Below, one piece after another: positions 20,982 through 31,118 of a stretch of 64,000 nt of DNA (the stretch's first letter is position 1; every line of letters begins with the position of its first letter). A program made the translations under genes and the position numbers. The stretch is taken from positions 1 through 64,000 of the forward strand of contig CAWHCF010000023.1 of the NCBI GenBank assembly GCA_963827655.1, in the 5' to 3' direction. Source of the DNA: an uncultured Acidobacteriota bacterium (lineage in GTDB: Bacteria; Acidobacteriota; UBA6911). The notes below the pieces were generated by a model. It saw only the letters and a program-made list of their open reading frames with translations. It was not told the origin of the DNA and did not search any database.

Positions 20982-22667
20982 CTACAGTTCACCCCGCTTC
21001 AACTGCGTAATGATGTAATCCGACGCTCGGGCTGCCAGCGCCCCGATCGTCAGGGTCGGACCGTAGCCGCCCGAGGTCACGAAAGAAGCGCCATCCACGA
21101 CGAAGAGGTTCTTCACGTCGTGCGCTTGATTGAACTTGTTGAGCACGCTTTTCCTGGGATCGTTCCCCATGCGCGCAGTGCCCATTTCGTGAATCATGGC
21201 TCCCGGGGGCATCAGTTCCGTCGTGACGCGGACATCTTCCGCGCCCAGCCTGTGGAAGAGCGCCTTCAAATTCTCGACGGCATCTTTGGCCATCTCGAAT
21301 TCGTTGTCGCTGAACTGGCAATGCATTTTGAGCACCGGGATGCCCCACGCGTCGACAACTTTACTATCGATTTCGACATAGTTTTCAAATCGAGCCAGCA
21401 CTTCGGCCCTGGTATTGAAGCTGATTGGAGCAGTGTAGTAACTCCGAACGTTCTTCTTGAACTGCGATCCGAAACCGGACATCGAGCGCGCATACCCGGG
21501 AAACATGCGCGCGCCCGAACCGCCTTCGTGAGTATAGGAGCGTATGAACCTGGGATGGCGCGAATCGATGTTGCGATAGGCCACGATATCCACGCCCGAC
21601 GACTTGCCGTCCTCGTTCACCACGGCGCGATCCCTCAGCTGCGGCAGCAACCCGCTGATGCCTGGCCCGCCCCAGTTGTCCATCAGGTAGTGCCCGAGCA
21701 CGCCGCTGGAATTGGCTATCCCTTGGGGCCAGAAGCGGGAAACCGAGTTCAGCATGATGCGTGTGGATTCAAGGGCCGAAGCCCCGAGGACGATCACCCG
21801 AGCCTTGGTCTCGTAAGGCTTATTGTTGATCCGGTCGATGAAAACAACTCCTCGCGCTTTGCCGTTTCGGTCCACGGCAACCTCGCGCACGACGGCGTTA
21901 GCCTGCAATGTGAGACGTCCGGTGCGAAGGGCGGCTGGCAAAGTATCCGAAATGGAATTCCAGAACGCCCCTACATCGCAGCCGCGCCCGCAACTGCCGC
22001 AGTAATGGCATGCCGTCAGGCCGTGAATGCTCTTCGAACGCTGTGCCGCCCGCTTGGGAATCACCCTCATGCCCAGCCCCAGGGTGGGCGCGACCTTTTG
22101 CACGATCCGCTCGCCGCAATTCAGTGCGAAGGGTGGCAGATACTTGCCGTCTGGCAGGTGAGGGATGTTCTCCATTGAGCCGCTCACGCCGACAAAGCTC
22201 TCAACCTTATCGTAGTAGGGCGCCAGATCGGCGTAAGTAATGGGCCAGTTCTCGCCGTATCCATCCCGATCGGCGGCCCTGAAGTCATAGTCACTCAACC
22301 GGCGGGCGTTGCGTCCCCAGTGGAGCAACTTACCTCCGACGCAGCGAGAGCGCACCCAGCGAAAAGGCTTTCCAGGAGCTGTGCTGTAGGGATGTTCAGG
22401 GTCCTCTATATACAGACCACGGCTGTATTCGTCGGCAGTCCATTGGTTCGGGTAGAATTTCTGCCGGTCACCCGGCCGGTCGAATCCGCGGAATGGCATC
22501 TCCCAGGGCCAGCGATGTGTTTTGAAGTCTTTAGCCGGATCCAGTCGTGGGCCTGCTTCGAGGAGCAAAACGTCGAGGCCGCCCTCGGTCAGCTCCTTCG
22601 CAGCCATGCCTCCGGCAGCCCCGGAGCCAACAACGATTGCGTCGTATGTCTTCTTGAGGTCCAGCAT
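20982..22667 (-). CDS. GMC family FAD oxidoreductase
   Basis: DAIVVGSGAAGG FAD motif, CHYCGSCGRGC, HEMGTARMG, NLFVVDGASF. Confidence 0.92.
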   Translation of the reverse strand: MLDLKKTYDAIVVGSGAAGGMAAKELTEGGLDVLLLEAGPRLDPAKDFKTHRWPWEMPFRGFDRPGDRQKFYPNQWTADEYSRGLYIEDPEHPYSTAPGKPFRWVRSRCVGGKLLHWGRNARRLSDYDFRAADRDGYGENWPITYADLAPYYDKVESFVGVSGSMENIPHLPDGKYLPPFALNCGERIVQKVAPTLGLGMRVIPKRAAQRSKSIHGLTACHYCGSCGRGCDVGAFWNSISDTLPAALRTGRLTLQANAVVREVAVDRNGKARGVVFIDRINNKPYETKARVIVLGASALESTRIMLNSVSRFWPQGIANSSGVLGHYLMDNWGGPGISGLLPQLRDRAVVNEDGKSSGVDIVAYRNIDSRHPRFIRSYTHEGGSGARMFPGYARSMSGFGSQFKKNVRSYYTAPISFNTRAEVLARFENYVEIDSKVVDAWGIPVLKMHCQFSDNEFEMAKDAVENLKALFHRLGAEDVRVTTELMPPGAMIHEMGTARMGNDPRKSVLNKFNQAHDVKNLFVVDGASFVTSGGYGPTLTIGALAARASDYIITQLKRGEL

Positions 22668-22898
22668 GGGAACCTCACGTCGGTTGAATGTTCATTCTCT
22701 CACGTCTGAGCTGGTTCGACCTATTATCAATTCTTGGGCTCAGACTTGTCGTTTCGTCCGCCGGTAACCTCGATGGTCAAATCAGAATACCATTTCAGAC
22801 CCGGCGCTCCGGGGTAAACCGACGAGGGTGACGACCAACCGCTGCGGGAGGAACTTTCCCTTCAAAATCTCGTTCTGTGGTACCGGGGAGTGGACGCC

Positions 22899-23012
22899 GC
22901 AGCCCGGTTCGCGGCCACGTACTTCAACCTGAAGAATGACCTCCAGACCGACAGTAACAGTCGGCTATGCTGCGGCAAGTCCTACATGCATGGCCGGGCC
23001 ATTGTCAGATTC
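22899..23012. repeat. rearranged copy of the BON gene 3' end
   Basis: 22899-22946 matches 16093-16140 directly (45/48); 22968-23012 matches the reverse complement of 16144-16191. Confidence 0.85.
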
Positions 23013-23203
23013 TTCACGCTCGCGACGCAACTGGCGTATAATCCGCAGAGTTCGGGACTCATCCTGGACCGGAACATCGGCTAAAGTTAACTCTCGGAAG
23101 CTGGGACCTTCCGGAAGTCGGCGCACGCGGAGCCGCACACTGGCGCTTGTTTCTCCTATCCGCTTCATCGACCTCGCGCGCGAGCGCACTCGAGAACCTG
23201 GTT

Positions 23204-23686
23204 ATGAGCATCGACCCGACCGCCAAGCTCAAGATCGTCAGCCTCGAGGATCCACTGCTCACCGTGGTCGCTCAATTCAATCCCAAGGAAGTCTCGGTCG
23301 ACCGCTCGGTGCCCTGGCAGAAGCAGAAGAAGGGCCCGGCCCACCTCGAGTTCACTGCGGGCGAGCCAAAGACGATGTCGTTCGAGCTGATGTTCGACAC
23401 CTTCAACACCAGCGTCGAGATCGAGATCGACAACCTGCACAAGCTCGCCGACGTGGTCCCGGCGCTCAGGCGCCCGCCCAGGGTGAAGGTGATCTGGGGC
23501 GCCCCCGGGGACAGCGCAGCCCTCGACGACGAGTCGGCCGGCGGCGGCATCTCGTCGTTCGAGGCGGTGATCGAGTCGGTCGCGGTGAAGCACACCACGG
23601 TCACACCCGACGGAAAGGTCGTCCGCGCCACCGCGAACGTGAAGTTCAAGGAAGCCGCCGACTTCAAGGTCGGCAACAAGCACTGA
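23204..23686 (+). CDS. contractile injection system tube-initiator protein (CIS_tube/Afp7-like)
   Basis: AQFNPKEVSVDRSVPW, LEFTAGEPKTMSFELMFDT, RPPRVKVIWG, VIESVAVKHT...DGKVVRATANVKFKE. Confidence 0.8.
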   Translation: MSIDPTAKLKIVSLEDPLLTVVAQFNPKEVSVDRSVPWQKQKKGPAHLEFTAGEPKTMSFELMFDTFNTSVEIEIDNLHKLADVVPALRRPPRVKVIWGAPGDSAALDDESAGGGISSFEAVIESVAVKHTTVTPDGKVVRATANVKFKEAADFKVGNKH

Positions 23687-23698
23687 GCGAGGGGAACC

Positions 23699-24789
23699 GT
23701 GCCGGCACTTGCCTCCGATCAGAGCGGCTTCAGCACCGAGATTGATGTCTTCTTCGACGGCACCGAGGTCGAGGACGCCGACATCATCTCGTTCGTCGTC
23801 GAGCGCGATCTCGGCCAGCCGGACATGGCGGTGATCACGCTCCGCAACGATCACCACAAGCACACCAGGGATCGGAGTCCGGCGCAGTCCGTCGAGATCA
23901 AGGCGGGCGGCGCGCAGGAGGGTTCGCCGAAGTCGACCGTCTTCAAAGGCGAAATCGTCGGGATCGAGCCGGTCTTCAAGGCGCGGGGCGACAGCCGCGT
24001 CGTGATCCGGGCGTTCAACAAGATGCACCGCATGCTGCGCGGCACGAAGTCAAAGATCTTCCAGAACCAGTCGGACCAGGACATCGTCAGCTCGATCGTC
24101 GGCGCGCACGGCCTCTCCGCCCAGTGCGGCAGCGACCCGAAGATCACCCACCTGCACGTCTACCAACACAACCAGACCGATCTCGAGTTCGTCCGGGCAC
24201 GCGCGGCGCGCCTCGGCTTCTCGGTCTGGTGCGAGGACACCAAGCTCTTCTTCGACAAGCCGAAGACCGATCAGGACTCCGGCATTATGCTCAAGATCGA
24301 GGAGACCGGCGAGCACCAACTCAAGGCGTTCCACGCCCGCGTCAGCGCCGTGAACGTCGTCAACAAGGTACGGTGTGCGGCTGGGACCCGAAGAAGAAGG
24401 AGAAGATCGTCGGCGAGGCGACTGCGGCGAGCTCGCGGCTCGGATCGAAGCACGCCGCGTCGGCGGCCGGAGACCTCGGCCAGGCGGTGACCTTCACCGT
24501 CGACCACCCGATCTTCAGCGTCGCGGAGGCACAGGCGATCGCGAAGGCGAAGCTCGGGGAGCACATGATGAGCTACCTGACCGGCGAGGCGGAGTGTCGC
24601 GGTCACGGCGGCTACAAGCCCGGCATCGTCGTCACGATCACGGTCAACGCCGAGACCGCCGACGATCGCTTCAACGGCAAGTACTTGATCACCGGCGTTA
24701 CCCACAAGTACACGCACGGCACCGGCGGCAACCCGACCGGCGGCTTCGTGAGCGTGCTGCGCGTGTCGCGAGACGCAGAGAAGCCCTGA
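23699..24789 (+). CDS. eCIS spike hub protein (phage late-control D/VgrG gp27-like, Afp8 N-part), frameshift near 24370
   Basis: VFKGEIVGIEP, QNQSDQDIV, VYQHNQTDLEFVRARAARLGF, GWDPKKKEKIVGEA, RFNGKYLITGVTHKY. Confidence 0.8.
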
Positions 24790-24861
24790 TGCGCGCGGGC
24801 GGACCCCAGATTCCGTCCGGCGACAGACCTGTTCGGGGTCTATTGCGGCATCATAACTTAG
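24789..24861 (+). pseudogene. truncated start of a Gp5 OB-fold/baseplate assembly V gene
   Basis: TGATG-coupled start MRAGGPQIPSGDR then (one indel) LFGVYCGIIT*, resembling the xFGVYxGIVT start of eCIS spike OB domains; expected gene order. Confidence 0.5.
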
Positions 24862-25145
24862 TGGGCCTGCGTCACAGGATGGCCCCTGGCCGACCGCCCC
24901 TGCCGATCCGGTCACGACCCCGGCGGTCGCTGCTACTCAGACCTGCAAATCTGAGGATGGCAAGCGCTACTCGACCCGGCCCGAGATCCGTCTGAGTTAC
25001 AACCACTATTTCCAGTGAGAACACGGCAGCAAGAAAAGAGATCGAATGTTGCGGAATTCAAGTACGCGCGGATTCTTTCACATCGAGAATGCCAGAGTTG
25101 TGGGAATTCGCGGAAAAGATCCAGTCGGCTCCAGCCCCCGGTTTT

Positions 25146-25961
25146 TCACTCAGAGTATCGCGCCCGAAGCAGATCCTTCATGTACAGGTTGACCTCCCAC
25201 TGGTTGCTGAGCGGTTCGCGGCTGTATGGCATCGCCGGCATATACGGTGCGGGACCAAATTCCGGTGTGATGGTCAATGCGTCACTCTTCCGCCGGCGGT
25301 GCTCCGCTACGATAGCATCCCACCATGCCAGATGATGGTCTAAAGCTTCCGTCCATTCAGGAGCCCGCGGATCGTTCACCTGTGGGCCTTGCGGAAAACC
25401 TACCCGGGCATGGATGTGGTCGGCGCGGGCGACGGCGGCCCGCATCGCTTCCGGCTGATCCTGCAAGAAGGATTCCGATACGTTGCACCAGTGCGAGAAA
25501 TCCGCCGTGAGCCGCAAGCCGGGCAGCGCTTCTAGAAAAGACAGCGTAGCGGTAGTCGAGAAGCTGAATCTGCCCCGGTGCGTCTCGTGGATAATCTTCA
25601 CGCCGGTTTCTTCAGCAATCGCGGCTGCTCGCTCCAAAATAGCCTTATTATGCGCAAAACTGAAGAAATCCTTGCCGCTTTGCGAATTGATGAACAAAGG
25701 ATGAGCAGAAGCCAGGTTGTAAAGGTATCGTTCGTAGTTTTTCAGATAAACCGACGGCTCGGGATCATTCGTCTCCCAATGCTGGGCGATCCACTTCAAG
25801 TCGCACGCCTTTAACAGACTCAGAATCAACTTCTGCTCGCGTTCGTCCAAGGGAAGAGACATTTCCACGCCGTCGTACCCAGCCTGCTTCACCCTGGCGA
25901 AAAAACATTCCCAACCGAGATCGCTCGAACCCCATAGCGGGCAAAAGAACCAGAGTTGCAT
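25146..25961 (-). CDS. sugar phosphate isomerase/epimerase (xylose isomerase-like TIM barrel)
   Basis: GYDGVEM, HETHRGRF, TADFSHWCNVSES, HIHARVG, TPEFGPAPY. Confidence 0.85.
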   Translation of the reverse strand: MQLWFFCPLWGSSDLGWECFFARVKQAGYDGVEMSLPLDEREQKLILSLLKACDLKWIAQHWETNDPEPSVYLKNYERYLYNLASAHPLFINSQSGKDFFSFAHNKAILERAAAIAEETGVKIIHETHRGRFSFSTTATLSFLEALPGLRLTADFSHWCNVSESFLQDQPEAMRAAVARADHIHARVGFPQGPQVNDPRAPEWTEALDHHLAWWDAIVAEHRRRKSDALTITPEFGPAPYMPAMPYSREPLSNQWEVNLYMKDLLRARYSE

Positions 25962-26011
25962 CTGCAGCGGATCCTCACGGATCAGGCAAGGGCTTCCGCC
26001 CTTGGAATATG

Positions 26012-26068
26012 GAATTCAGGAGTCAGACGTCTTGGAGTTCTGTCTTTGACTTCTGAATTCTGAATTCT
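26012..26068. repeat. inverted heptamer-type short repeats
   Basis: GAATTCAGGAGTCAGA versus TTTGACTTCTGAATTCTGAATTC; adjacent hairpin CAAGGGC-TTCC-GCCCTTG. Confidence 0.55.
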
Positions 26069-26095
26069 CTTGGTTTGACTTCGAACGCTAAGGTT

Positions 26096-27289
26096 TCATC
26101 TGGCCGCTACTACGGTCGAAATGATCCGCACCAGAGCTGCGCCGAATTCACGCCGGTCCTCAATCGTCGGAGGCCGGCGAAGTTTAGGACTATGCTCGAC
26201 CATGAGTTCCATGAGAAAAGCAGGAATCTGCCGCTCGTAAAACAGCGCTTGAGTGACCATCATGCGACCCTTCATGGCGGGCGTTGTAGTCTGGCCGGAA
26301 TCGCGCGGCCCCTTGGGCGAATAAAAAGCCGTGGTCTCGTTCAGCAGCTTCGAAAACCGTTCAGCGAGCCCCAGAACCCCTGGACCTCCGGCCGTGAGCG
26401 GCCCCGCCACGTAGTCCTCCGATTCCGTGTTGTGGAGCGTGAGAAAGAAGTCTATGCGACGACCCGAGTCGACCCAGTCCAGGATGGCCTTGCGTTGGGC
26501 AGCGATTTCCGGCATGCGCCGGGGATCCACCGTATCCCAGTTCCGGTTCAGGTCGTAACCGTTGGCATTGAAGCGCACTCCCCCTCTAGCCACACCGTCA
26601 GGATCAGCCAGGGGAAAGATTTTGAACACGAAGTCGTCGCGGATACGTTTAGCCTGGGCATCGGACGACAGCAGGAACCTCAGGGCGCCTTCGGCCACCC
26701 ACGAGGTACCGGCTTCCCAGGAGTGTTGTCTGGCCATGAGCCAGACAACCTTTTTCTGCTGATCGGGAACTTTCGGGTTGGTCACGGTCAGGAGCGACAT
26801 GTCCCGGCCCCCCACAGTCTTGCCCACCGTAGTCTTTTTCACGTGAGGATGGCCGTGAAAGCTTTGTAGCAGGCTCTCCAGTTCTTGATTGGTATAAGGG
26901 GGAAGGTGGGCAATCCACATCCGGTTTTTTTCCGGCGTGAACTGGAGGCGGAGGGTGATGGTTCGGTCGTCCCACTCGGCTTTGTCGAAATGCTTCCATA
27001 CAGCAGCGTCGTAGCTATACACGGGACGGGTATGCCTTGTGACTGCGTGCGTGCCGGCGCGGTAGTTGTATTCGCCCACCAGGTCGACCAGATCAATCGT
27101 CAAGTTGCGGCCGGCAGCGCCATCGATGCGGAAGTAATACCAGTTCGCCTGACGATTCCGTCCGTCCTGGTCGGCCTCGCCCTTGACAGCGCAGCGGAAA
27201 TGAGTCTCCGACACTTTCTCGATCTTGCCGAGACTGGCGCCTTCAAAGTCGGTGTGAAAAGTGACTGCCAGAAGCAACAGAGTAAGCAT
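26096..27289 (-). CDS. M14 zinc carboxypeptidase (Nna1/CCP-like)
   Basis: ARQHSWE (HxxE), RFNANGYDLNRNW, FFLTLHN; N-domain DFEGASL...NWYYFRI. Confidence 0.85.
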   Translation of the reverse strand: MLTLLLLAVTFHTDFEGASLGKIEKVSETHFRCAVKGEADQDGRNRQANWYYFRIDGAAGRNLTIDLVDLVGEYNYRAGTHAVTRHTRPVYSYDAAVWKHFDKAEWDDRTITLRLQFTPEKNRMWIAHLPPYTNQELESLLQSFHGHPHVKKTTVGKTVGGRDMSLLTVTNPKVPDQQKKVVWLMARQHSWEAGTSWVAEGALRFLLSSDAQAKRIRDDFVFKIFPLADPDGVARGGVRFNANGYDLNRNWDTVDPRRMPEIAAQRKAILDWVDSGRRIDFFLTLHNTESEDYVAGPLTAGGPGVLGLAERFSKLLNETTAFYSPKGPRDSGQTTTPAMKGRMMVTQALFYERQIPAFLMELMVEHSPKLRRPPTIEDRREFGAALVRIISTVVAAR

Positions 27290-27494
27290 GAGACCTTATT
27301 ATCTGCAAAGCTAGTAGCGGCTCCTGAAGGTGGTGATCGAGCGGTCGAACCGACTCGCCATCCTTCGAAGTTTAATCACCGCGGGTTGCAAAAACTTTCG
27401 TCAGCAGAGATCCTCGACCATCCACGTGGGCAAGATCTATCTTACGGGGTTTCGGCGCCGCCAACAAAGGCTCGAGCGATTGCAGGCCGAACCG

Positions 27495-29126
27495 TCACTT
27501 CTTCTCTGTGGCGCATGTGAAATTGGCGGCCTCATCAGTGCTCCCGCTCCCCTTGTAGCGGGCTACCTGCGGGTACGCACAAAGTGGACGGGTACGGATG
27601 ACAGGGCTCTTGGGATCCAGAGTCTCCCGTTTCGCCGCGATGATTTGATCGGGCGCGACGCCCTGTTCAACCCAGCGTTCGAGCGCCAGCGTCAGATCGT
27701 GCTGCGGGTCGGATTGGGCGCTGGTGACAAATATTCCAAAACTGTTTGGGCCGGGTCCGCCGGCGCAATGTTGCATCCCGGGCACCATAAAGAGACGCAC
27801 AAACGAGTCTGCCTCACGCTGCCCCAGTTCAGTCCGCACGCTCTCGAAATAGTTGATGGTGTTCATAGGCGGAAGCGCCGCGTCATTCCATCCGTGATAA
27901 AGAATCAGCTTGCCGCCGCGGGCTTTGAAGGCCTTCAGATTCGGATCGATCGCATTCAGAATCGGTCCCAGTTTCTCGTCAGCCAGCTTGCCGTCTCTCT
28001 CAAGATCGAAGGTTTTCAAGTCCCACGCCGGATCGTTGTGAACCATATTCGCAAAGGCCTGAGATGAGAAAAAGTACTGCGATGAGCCTTCAGGCTTAGG
28101 TCCGGTAATCCACGCAGCCCAGCCGCCCGTCCCAGTTTCGCCGCCCGTTGTAAAGCCCGGGATAATGAGTTCGCCCTTCGCATTGCGCGGCCCGGCATAG
28201 ATCTTCTTCAGCGCCGCAACCTGCTTTTCCGTCAGGCATTCATCGGACTCGGCGCCTTTGCAGAGCAGGACGGATGGATCGAATCCGCATTTGGTGGGAT
28301 CATCAAGCACGCCGTCCGTCACGCCGTCCCGTCCATCGCAGCCAGCCAGCACGGCGGCCTCAAGGGCTTTCAGCTTGCTCGCCGGAATATAGCTGGCAGG
28401 ATCGCTCGTTGTCAGCTGCATGTTCCAGGCGAAACCCGTCAGGATACGGGTGAAGTAGTTGGCGGGCGCGCCGGCGATGATGCCGTCGTAGTCGTTCGGA
28501 TAGCGCTGCGCCTCCATCAGCGCCTGCCGCCCTCCGTTCGAGCAACTGGCGAAGTATGAGCGCTTGGGCCCGTCTCCGTAAAATGCCTTGATAGTCGATT
28601 TGGCTTTCTCGGTCATCTCGTGGATGCCGCGATGCCCATAATCGACAATCTTCTCAGTATGGCCAAGCGCCCAGCGCGCATCCCCACCGCTGTGTCCCGT
28701 GTCGGTCGAGGCGGCGGCGTAGCCTCGCGAAAGCGCGCCGGCCAGTCCCTGGTAATTGATCGACCCGGCAAAACCGCCGTTGCCGATGCCCTGAAATTTT
28801 CCATTCCAACCCGCGCTTGGCATCCAGACCTCAAACGTGATCTCAGAATCGCTTGTCGGTTTGACTACACCGGTTACCCGGCAGAATGCGGGCAATTCTC
28901 CGTAGGACGCCGGGATTGGCGTTCTTGCTGCTGACGCGGGCGGAGTGAACGCGCCGGCGGCGAGAGTTTGGGCCGTCGTGATCGTTGTATTGTCAAGTTT
29001 GAGATCGGCCAGGCTCTCGCAGGTTGCGGCAGCGACCGGCCTCAAACCCGACGCCAGCATGGAGACCAGGAAAAAAGAAAAGCTCATCCCGAACAGTTTT
29101 CGCTGTAGTAGCCGAACGTTCTTCAT
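27495..29126 (-). CDS. tannase/feruloyl esterase family hydrolase
   Basis: CSNGGRQ nucleophile motif, [23 protein letters not shown]; RBS GGAGG before ATG 29126. Confidence 0.92.
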   Translation of the reverse strand: MKNVRLLQRKLFGMSFSFFLVSMLASGLRPVAAATCESLADLKLDNTTITTAQTLAAGAFTPPASAARTPIPASYGELPAFCRVTGVVKPTSDSEITFEVWMPSAGWNGKFQGIGNGGFAGSINYQGLAGALSRGYAAASTDTGHSGGDARWALGHTEKIVDYGHRGIHEMTEKAKSTIKAFYGDGPKRSYFASCSNGGRQALMEAQRYPNDYDGIIAGAPANYFTRILTGFAWNMQLTTSDPASYIPASKLKALEAAVLAGCDGRDGVTDGVLDDPTKCGFDPSVLLCKGAESDECLTEKQVAALKKIYAGPRNAKGELIIPGFTTGGETGTGGWAAWITGPKPEGSSQYFFSSQAFANMVHNDPAWDLKTFDLERDGKLADEKLGPILNAIDPNLKAFKARGGKLILYHGWNDAALPPMNTINYFESVRTELGQREADSFVRLFMVPGMQHCAGGPGPNSFGIFVTSAQSDPQHDLTLALERWVEQGVAPDQIIAAKRETLDPKSPVIRTRPLCAYPQVARYKGSGSTDEAANFTCATEKK

Positions 29127-29627
29127 ACTCGCCCTCCAAAATCTATCTGACTTCATTGATGCGATAGGATTAACCTTACTGCTCATTCGCATAGCGGTTG
29201 GATGATTTCAGCCAAGGACTGAACCGTATAGTTGCATATCTCTCAGTGAATTTTGGCGAGGCCAGTTTATCATTCACCGGCTGTCAATCGCATCGCCTCC
29301 GACGAGCGCGGGTCTATCATGACCCATCGCAAGAAAGTGATTGGGGAGGATTTAGCCTTAAAAAGTTCTTTTGTGCCTCCAGGGGGCCGGACGGGGCGCC
29401 CGTCCGCACAATGTATCGCGTCGTTTTGCGGTGAGCCAGCCGCGTTGATGAACGTCCCGAAGCATACGCAGAACAGCCTCCCCAAGCTACTGCGATAATT
29501 GCGGCAGACTTCCCGGGCCAACCTATGCTATTTTCCGGCCGAGAGCGATTTCCTGTTCTTGACGAACCATCGTTTCAGCTGCAAGGCGCAATGGCTCATC
29601 TGGCGACCCATGCCGCGGGGTGACATC

Positions 29628-31073
29628 GTGAGAGAGGTCCTTCGATTTCCGCTCGGCCTGCTGATCCTGGTCTTCCTGGGCTCATCGATAGGCGCTGCCG
29701 GAGCTGAGCAGATCAAGAGGTTGAACGTGCTGCTGATCGTCAGCGATGACCTCAACAACGACCTCGCCTGCTACGGAAATCCGGTGGTGAAATCGCCGCA
29801 GATCGATCGTCTGGCCAGGCGCGGGGTCCGCTTCGATCGCGCCTACTGCCAATACCCGGTCTGCAATCCGTCGCGCACCTCGTTCCTCAGCGGCCGTCGG
29901 CCCGGCACGACCGGCGTCGTGGACAACCTGACTCCCACGCGCGCCAACCTGAAAGATGCCACGTTTCTACCGCAGCACTTCCGGCAGCAGAGATACACAA
30001 CCGTCAAGGTGGGCAAGATCTATCACACGGGCGACGAGTTCGAGGATCCCATTTCCTGGGACAGCGACACCCGCGAAACCAACGAGGCCAAGCGCCCGCC
30101 GGGCAATCAGATCGCCGCACGGACTCCATTCCCGGGGAGCGACACCAATCGCGAATTCCAAGGCATCGTGCTCGACGCGGCCGACGAAGACACCTACGAC
30201 GGCATGGTGGCGCGCAAGTCGGTCGAGTTCATGGAAAAAGCAGTTCGCGGGGACAAGCCGTTTTTCCTGGCCGTTGGCTTCCGCCGGCCTCATACACCGT
30301 ACATCGCTCCGAAGAAGTACTTCGAGTTGTACCCGCCGCAACGCCTGGCGGTGCCCGCTGAACCGGCGGACCATCTCAGGAACATTCCCGCCATCGCTTT
30401 GACCTACAAGCCGGGAGCCGAGCGACCCGGACCGGACGAGGCGCGCCGCGGCCGTGCCGCCTACTATGCCTCACTCAGCTTCATGGACGCACAGGTCGGG
30501 GTGCTGCTCGACGCGCTGGATCGCCTGAGGCTCTGGGAAAATACCGTGGTGGTGTTCATGAGCGATCACGGCTACCACGTCGGCGAGCACGGCGGCCTGT
30601 GGCACAAGATGACGTTGTTCGAGGAATCGGCGCGGGTGCCCCTGATCGTGGCCGCGCCGGGGAGGAAGAGCAACGCCAGCTGCCCGCGGCTGGTCGAGCT
30701 CGTGGACGTTTATCCGACACTGGCGGAGCTGTGCGGCCTGCCCGCGCCGAAGGGTGTGGAGGGTACTTCCTTTGTTCCTCTCCTGGAGAATCCCGATCAG
30801 GTCTGGAAGAAGGCGGCCTTTACGGAGGTCAGCCGCGGCGGAGCCCTTGTCGCCACCCAGAAGCTCGACCCGACGAAAATGAGCCACAGTGTGCGCACGG
30901 AGCGCTGGCGCTACACCGAATGGCACACCGGCGACGCTGAACTGTACGACCATGACAGCGATCCTAAGGAATACCGCAACCTGGCCCACGAACCGAAGTA
31001 TGCCGGCGTGGTCGCCGAGATGAAGAAGCTGCTCAAGGACGGATGGAAGGCGGCAGTACCTCCGGCGAAGTGA
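29628..31073 (+). CDS. formylglycine-dependent sulfatase (iduronate/choline-sulfatase-like)
   Basis: NVLLIVSDDL, CNPSRTSFLSGR (CxPxR), GKIYH, GFRRPHTP, SDHGYH; start uncertain. Confidence 0.92.
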   Translation: MREVLRFPLGLLILVFLGSSIGAAGAEQIKRLNVLLIVSDDLNNDLACYGNPVVKSPQIDRLARRGVRFDRAYCQYPVCNPSRTSFLSGRRPGTTGVVDNLTPTRANLKDATFLPQHFRQQRYTTVKVGKIYHTGDEFEDPISWDSDTRETNEAKRPPGNQIAARTPFPGSDTNREFQGIVLDAADEDTYDGMVARKSVEFMEKAVRGDKPFFLAVGFRRPHTPYIAPKKYFELYPPQRLAVPAEPADHLRNIPAIALTYKPGAERPGPDEARRGRAAYYASLSFMDAQVGVLLDALDRLRLWENTVVVFMSDHGYHVGEHGGLWHKMTLFEESARVPLIVAAPGRKSNASCPRLVELVDVYPTLAELCGLPAPKGVEGTSFVPLLENPDQVWKKAAFTEVSRGGALVATQKLDPTKMSHSVRTERWRYTEWHTGDAELYDHDSDPKEYRNLAHEPKYAGVVAEMKKLLKDGWKAAVPPAK

Positions 31074-31118
31074 CCGGTCGGTCGCGCTTTGCGCAGCTTG
31101 TGACATCAAGAACCTAAT

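Noticed and set aside
23204-24789. Prophage or T6SS locus
   Set aside because: No capsid, terminase, integrase, sheath or Tss genes; gene type and order fit an eCIS fragment.
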